Positions 60,855-64,000 of a stretch of 64,000 nt of DNA are shown here, piece by piece; the first letter of the stretch is position 1, and every line of letters begins with the position of its first letter. The notes beneath the pieces were generated by a model. That model was not told the origin of the DNA and made no database searches. It worked only from the letters and a program-made list of their open reading frames with translations. Source of the stretch: Solirubrobacterales bacterium (lineage in GTDB: Bacteria > Actinomycetota > Thermoleophilia > Solirubrobacterales > 70-9); the NCBI GenBank assembly GCA_035705945.1, contig DASSVR010000025.1, forward strand, positions 11,508-75,507. The letters are read 5' to 3'. The position numbers and the translations under genes were made by a program.

Positions 60855-62251
60855 TGACGCGATTTACGCCCGGACGCGGAGTGGAGGACGTAAATCCCGA
60901 CATTTTCAAGGCCTATGACATACGGGGCCTCCATGGCTCGGAGATGGACGAAACGACGGCGCTGGCGATCGGCCGCGCCTTCGCCCGGGTTCTCGGGCGC
61001 CTGCGCGCGAAGGAGCCAAGCGAGCTACGGGTCGGCCTGGGCCGCGACATGCGACTGACCGCGCCGGCGTTGGCGGAGGCGATGCGCGATGGGCTGATCG
61101 CCGAGGGGGCCACCGTGATCGACGCCGGCATGGTCGCCACCGAGATGCTCTACCACCTGGTCGGCTCGCGCGAGCTCGACGGGGGCGCGATGGTCACCGC
61201 CTCCCACAACCCCAAGGCCTATACCGGCGTCAAGCTCGTGCGCGAGGGGGCGCTGCCGCTCTCCGGCGACGCCGGCATCGGCGACGTCAGGGCCGAGATC
61301 GAAGCCGGGCTCGGCGAGGCGCCCGGCGGAGGATCGGCGGAGGAGGTCGACGTATGGGACGAGTTCCGCGCCCACGCCCTCTCGTTCATCGACCCAGGGA
61401 ACGTGAAGCCGATGCGGGTCGTCGTCGACGGCGGCAACGGCATGGCGGGCCCGATGGTGGGCCCGATTCTGGCGAAGCTGCCGCTGGAGCTGGAGGAGAT
61501 GTACTTCGAGCCGAACGGCGAGTTCCCCGACCACGAGCCGAACCCGCTGCTGGAGGAGAACCGGCGGATGATCATCGACCGGGTGCGGGAGACCGGCGCC
61601 GATCTCGGGATCGCCTGGGACGGCGATGCCGACCGCTGCTTCTTCATCGACGGGGAGGGGAGCTTCTGCGACGGCGACTTTATCTGCGCCCTGCTGGCGC
61701 GCTCGGTCCTGCGCAAGAGCCCCGGGGCGACGATCCTCTACGACCCTCGCTCGAGTCGTGCCGTGCCCGACCTGGTCGCCGCCGAGGGCGGTTGCTCCGA
61801 CCTCTCGCGCGTCGGTCACGCCTTCTTCAAGGCGAGGATGCGCGAAGAGGACGCTGCCTTCGGCGGCGAGGTTTCCGGCCACTACTACTTCCGCGACTTC
61901 TGGAACGCCGACTCCGGGACGATTCCGGCGCTGCTCGTGCTGGAGCTGCTCTCGCTCGACGGCCGCGGCATCGCGGAGCTGATCGAGGAGTTCCGCTCCA
62001 AGTACTTCATCTCCGGCGAGATCAATTCCGAGGTCGACGACCAGGAGGCGAAGATGGAGGAGATCGCCGCGCACTACGCCGACGGAGAGATCACCCGGCT
62101 CGACGGGATCTCGGTCGACTACCCCGACTGGCACTTCAACGTCCGGCCTTCCAACACCGAGCCGCTGCTGCGGCTCAACCTCGAGTCGCTCGTCTCTCGC
62201 GAGGACATGGAGCGGCGGCGCGACGAGGTGCTCGGGCTGATCCGGGCGTGA
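60854..62251 (+). CDS. manB: Phosphomannomutase/phosphoglucomutase
   Basis: ORF 60302..62251 trimmed to the ATG at 60854 (MTRFTPGRG..FKAYDIRG). The phosphoserine loop is TASHNPKAYTG and the metal loop is DGDADR. Confidence 0.85.
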   Translation: MTRFTPGRGVEDVNPDIFKAYDIRGLHGSEMDETTALAIGRAFARVLGRLRAKEPSELRVGLGRDMRLTAPALAEAMRDGLIAEGATVIDAGMVATEMLYHLVGSRELDGGAMVTASHNPKAYTGVKLVREGALPLSGDAGIGDVRAEIEAGLGEAPGGGSAEEVDVWDEFRAHALSFIDPGNVKPMRVVVDGGNGMAGPMVGPILAKLPLELEEMYFEPNGEFPDHEPNPLLEENRRMIIDRVRETGADLGIAWDGDADRCFFIDGEGSFCDGDFICALLARSVLRKSPGATILYDPRSSRAVPDLVAAEGGCSDLSRVGHAFFKARMREEDAAFGGEVSGHYYFRDFWNADSGTIPALLVLELLSLDGRGIAELIEEFRSKYFISGEINSEVDDQEAKMEEIAAHYADGEITRLDGISVDYPDWHFNVRPSNTEPLLRLNLESLVSREDMERRRDEVLGLIRA

Positions 62252-63249
62252 CGGCAACCCCGGAGCAGGCGCTCGACCAGGCAGCGCTGGCGGGCATCCA
62301 CCGCTTCGCGATCCCGACCCCGTTCGCCGTCGGGCGCGTCAACTGCTACCTGATCGAGGACGAGCCCCTGACGCTCGTCGACACCGGGCCGAACTCCGGC
62401 AAGGCCCTCGACGAGCTGACCGCCCGGCTGGCCGAGCGGGGCCACGCGCTTGCCGACCTCGAGCAGATCGTCGTCACCCACCAGCACATCGACCACCTCG
62501 GCCTGGTCGAGATCCTGGTCGAGCACTCCGGCGCCGAGGTGGCGGCGCTGGGCGCGGCGGCCCAGCGCCTCGCCGCCTTCCAGGAGGACGCCGAGCTGGA
62601 GGACGAGTTCGCCGTCGAGGTGATGCTGCGCAACGGCATCCCCGAAGACGTCACGGTGGCGCTGCGCAGCGTCTCCCGCAGCTTCCGCGGCTGGGGCTCG
62701 CACGTGGCCGTCACCCGTCCGCTGGACGACGGCGGCGTCCTCGAGCTGGCCGACCGTCGCCTCGAAGTCCTCCACCGCCCCGGCCACAGCCCCTCCGACA
62801 CTGTCTTTTGGGACGCCGAGCGCCGCATCCTCATCGCCGCCGACCATCTGCTGCCCAACATCTCCTCCAACCCGCTGATCTCCCGCCCCCTTGACGGCTC
62901 ATCGCGGCGGACGCAGGCGCTGGTGACCTATATCGAGTCGCTGGAGAAGACTCGAGAGATGCCGGCCGAGATCGTCCTCCCGGGTCACGGCGAGCCGATC
63001 ACCGACCACGCTGCCCTGATCGACTCCCGGCTCGCCGGCCACGAGCGCCGCAAAGAAAAGATCCACCGGCTGATCGCCGAACGCCCGCGCAGCGGCTATG
63101 AGCTGGCCCAGGCCCTCTGGGGCAACATCGCCGTCACCCAGGCCTTCCTCACTCTCTCCGAGGTGATCGGCCACGCCGACCTGCTCGTCAACGAGGGGCG
63201 CGTGCGGGAAACGGACGACGGCGCGGTGATCCGCTACGAAGCGACGTAG
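62248..63249 (+). CDS. MBL-fold metallo-hydrolase
   Basis: ORF trimmed to the GTG at 62248, which overlaps the manB stop. The motif VVTHQHIDHLG is present. Confidence 0.75.
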   Translation: MTATPEQALDQAALAGIHRFAIPTPFAVGRVNCYLIEDEPLTLVDTGPNSGKALDELTARLAERGHALADLEQIVVTHQHIDHLGLVEILVEHSGAEVAALGAAAQRLAAFQEDAELEDEFAVEVMLRNGIPEDVTVALRSVSRSFRGWGSHVAVTRPLDDGGVLELADRRLEVLHRPGHSPSDTVFWDAERRILIAADHLLPNISSNPLISRPLDGSSRRTQALVTYIESLEKTREMPAEIVLPGHGEPITDHAALIDSRLAGHERRKEKIHRLIAERPRSGYELAQALWGNIAVTQAFLTLSEVIGHADLLVNEGRVRETDDGAVIRYEAT

Positions 63250-63593
63250 CGGCCGAGCGCGACAGCGGCCAGCCCGATGGCGATGCTGAGGAGCAGGTTG
63301 GCGACCGCCAGGTGCCGCTTGCCCGCCTCCCCCAGCAGCTGCGTCTCCAGCATCCAGGCGGAGAAGGTGGTGTAGGAGCCGAGCGCGCCCGCGCCGAGCA
63401 GCAGGCGCGCATCCCCGCCGGGCTCCGTCCCGGCCAGCAAGCCCAGCAAGAAGGCGCCGCTGATGTTGACGGCAAGAGTGCCGAGCGGGAGGTGCGGATG
63501 CAGCCGATCGGCGACGAGCAGCGTCAGCCCGAACCGGGCCAGCGCCCCGCAGCCGCCGAACAGGGCGACCCCTACCCACGCGGCCGCGCTCAT
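63234..63593 (-). CDS. crcB: Fluoride channel CrcB (second of a pair)
   Basis: ORF trimmed to MSAAAWVGVALFGGCGALARF. GSYTTFS is present. The ATG overlaps the upstream crcB stop as ATGA. Confidence 0.85.
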   Translation of the reverse strand: MSAAAWVGVALFGGCGALARFGLTLLVADRLHPHLPLGTLAVNISGAFLLGLLAGTEPGGDARLLLGAGALGSYTTFSAWMLETQLLGEAGKRHLAVANLLLSIAIGLAAVALGRYVAS

Positions 63594-63967
63594 GCCGCCT
63601 CCGCTCGCCGCGGGACCGCGATCGCCGCCCGCGCAGCCAGGAGACCGACGGCGACGCTGACGGCGAGGTATAGGCATGCGGGGCCGACCCTGCCAGCGTC
63701 GAGCATGTCCAGCAGCTCGAGCTGGACGGTGGAAAAGGTCGTCAGCGCTCCACAGAACCCCGTCGTCAGCAGCGGTCGTCGATAATGCGTATGCGGCAGG
63801 GTCACGAACCAGTAGCCGAGCAGGGCGGTTCCGGTCACGTTGACAAGGAAGGTTGCCCACGGCCACCCCGTCCCAGGAGCGGGAAACACTTCCGCAAGCA
63901 CTGCCCGCAGCAGCGCCCCGATCGCCCCGCCGAGAAAGATCGCGCCCAGCTCCCGTCGGTCGATCAT
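63590..63967 (-). CDS. crcB: Fluoride channel CrcB (first of a pair)
   Basis: The 125-aa protein contains FLGGAIGALLRAV, NVTGTALLG and GALTTFST. Confidence 0.85.
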   Translation of the reverse strand: MIDRRELGAIFLGGAIGALLRAVLAEVFPAPGTGWPWATFLVNVTGTALLGYWFVTLPHTHYRRPLLTTGFCGALTTFSTVQLELLDMLDAGRVGPACLYLAVSVAVGLLAARAAIAVPRRAEAA

Positions 63968-64000
63968 CGGCGGCAGCCTAGGCGAAGCGTCTCGGCATTA

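Noticed and set aside
63968-64000. A possible fluoride (crcB-motif) riboswitch upstream of the crcB pair was considered.
   Set aside because: Only 33 nt of upstream sequence are inside the window. The visible 3' part (GCCUAGGCUGCCGCCGAUGAUC) is not enough to match the motif, so this cannot be decided here.

Overview
High-GC (about two-thirds G+C in hand-counted 60-nt samples) actinobacterial-type chromosomal segment. It is densely packed, mostly transcribed on the minus strand, and has many 1-4 nt stop/start overlaps. From memory, most of the window is housekeeping core in the gene order known from Mycobacterium: hflX / dapF-miaA-miaB / recA / cinA / ftsK / rnj-dapA / dapB-M16 peptidase-pnp-rpsO / ribF-truB / nrnA-rbfA-infB-nusA-rimP, then coaBC-rpoZ-gmk-mihF and a pyrR-pyrB-pyrC-carA-carB-pyrK-pyrD operon. 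After that come rnz, tRNA-Arg(CCG), sugar-nucleotide genes, corA, a HIT-manB-MBL operon and a crcB pair. No CRISPR array, transposase, integrase or recognisable defence genes were seen. The parts that deserve a second look are these. (1) A textbook SAM-I riboswitch plus terminator drives a threonine-synthase paralog and a CysO/MoaD-type sulfur carrier ending in GG-Cys, which is translationally fused to CDP-sugar genes. This suggests a protein-thiocarboxylate route to homocysteine. (2) The dapF at the conserved locus has both catalytic Cys residues replaced by Ser. (3) An accessory block of about 10 kb sits between hflX and dapL/dapF and carries three signal-peptide proteins of unknown function (1156 aa, 886 aa, 199 aa, the last one low-GC). 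(4) Foreign genes are inserted in conserved ribosomal and RNA-processing synteny: a peroxiredoxin and a DsbA-like gene between rpsO and pnp, and a poly-glycine secreted protein between ribF and rpsO. (5) Several intergenic RNA structures stand out: a 19-bp perfect inverted repeat bracketing the infB-rbfA spacer, a terminator directly in front of a truncated rimP, and a PyrR site over the pyrR RBS. Coordinates of trimmed starts were derived from ORF-track frames. Start codons are the least certain part of the annotation.
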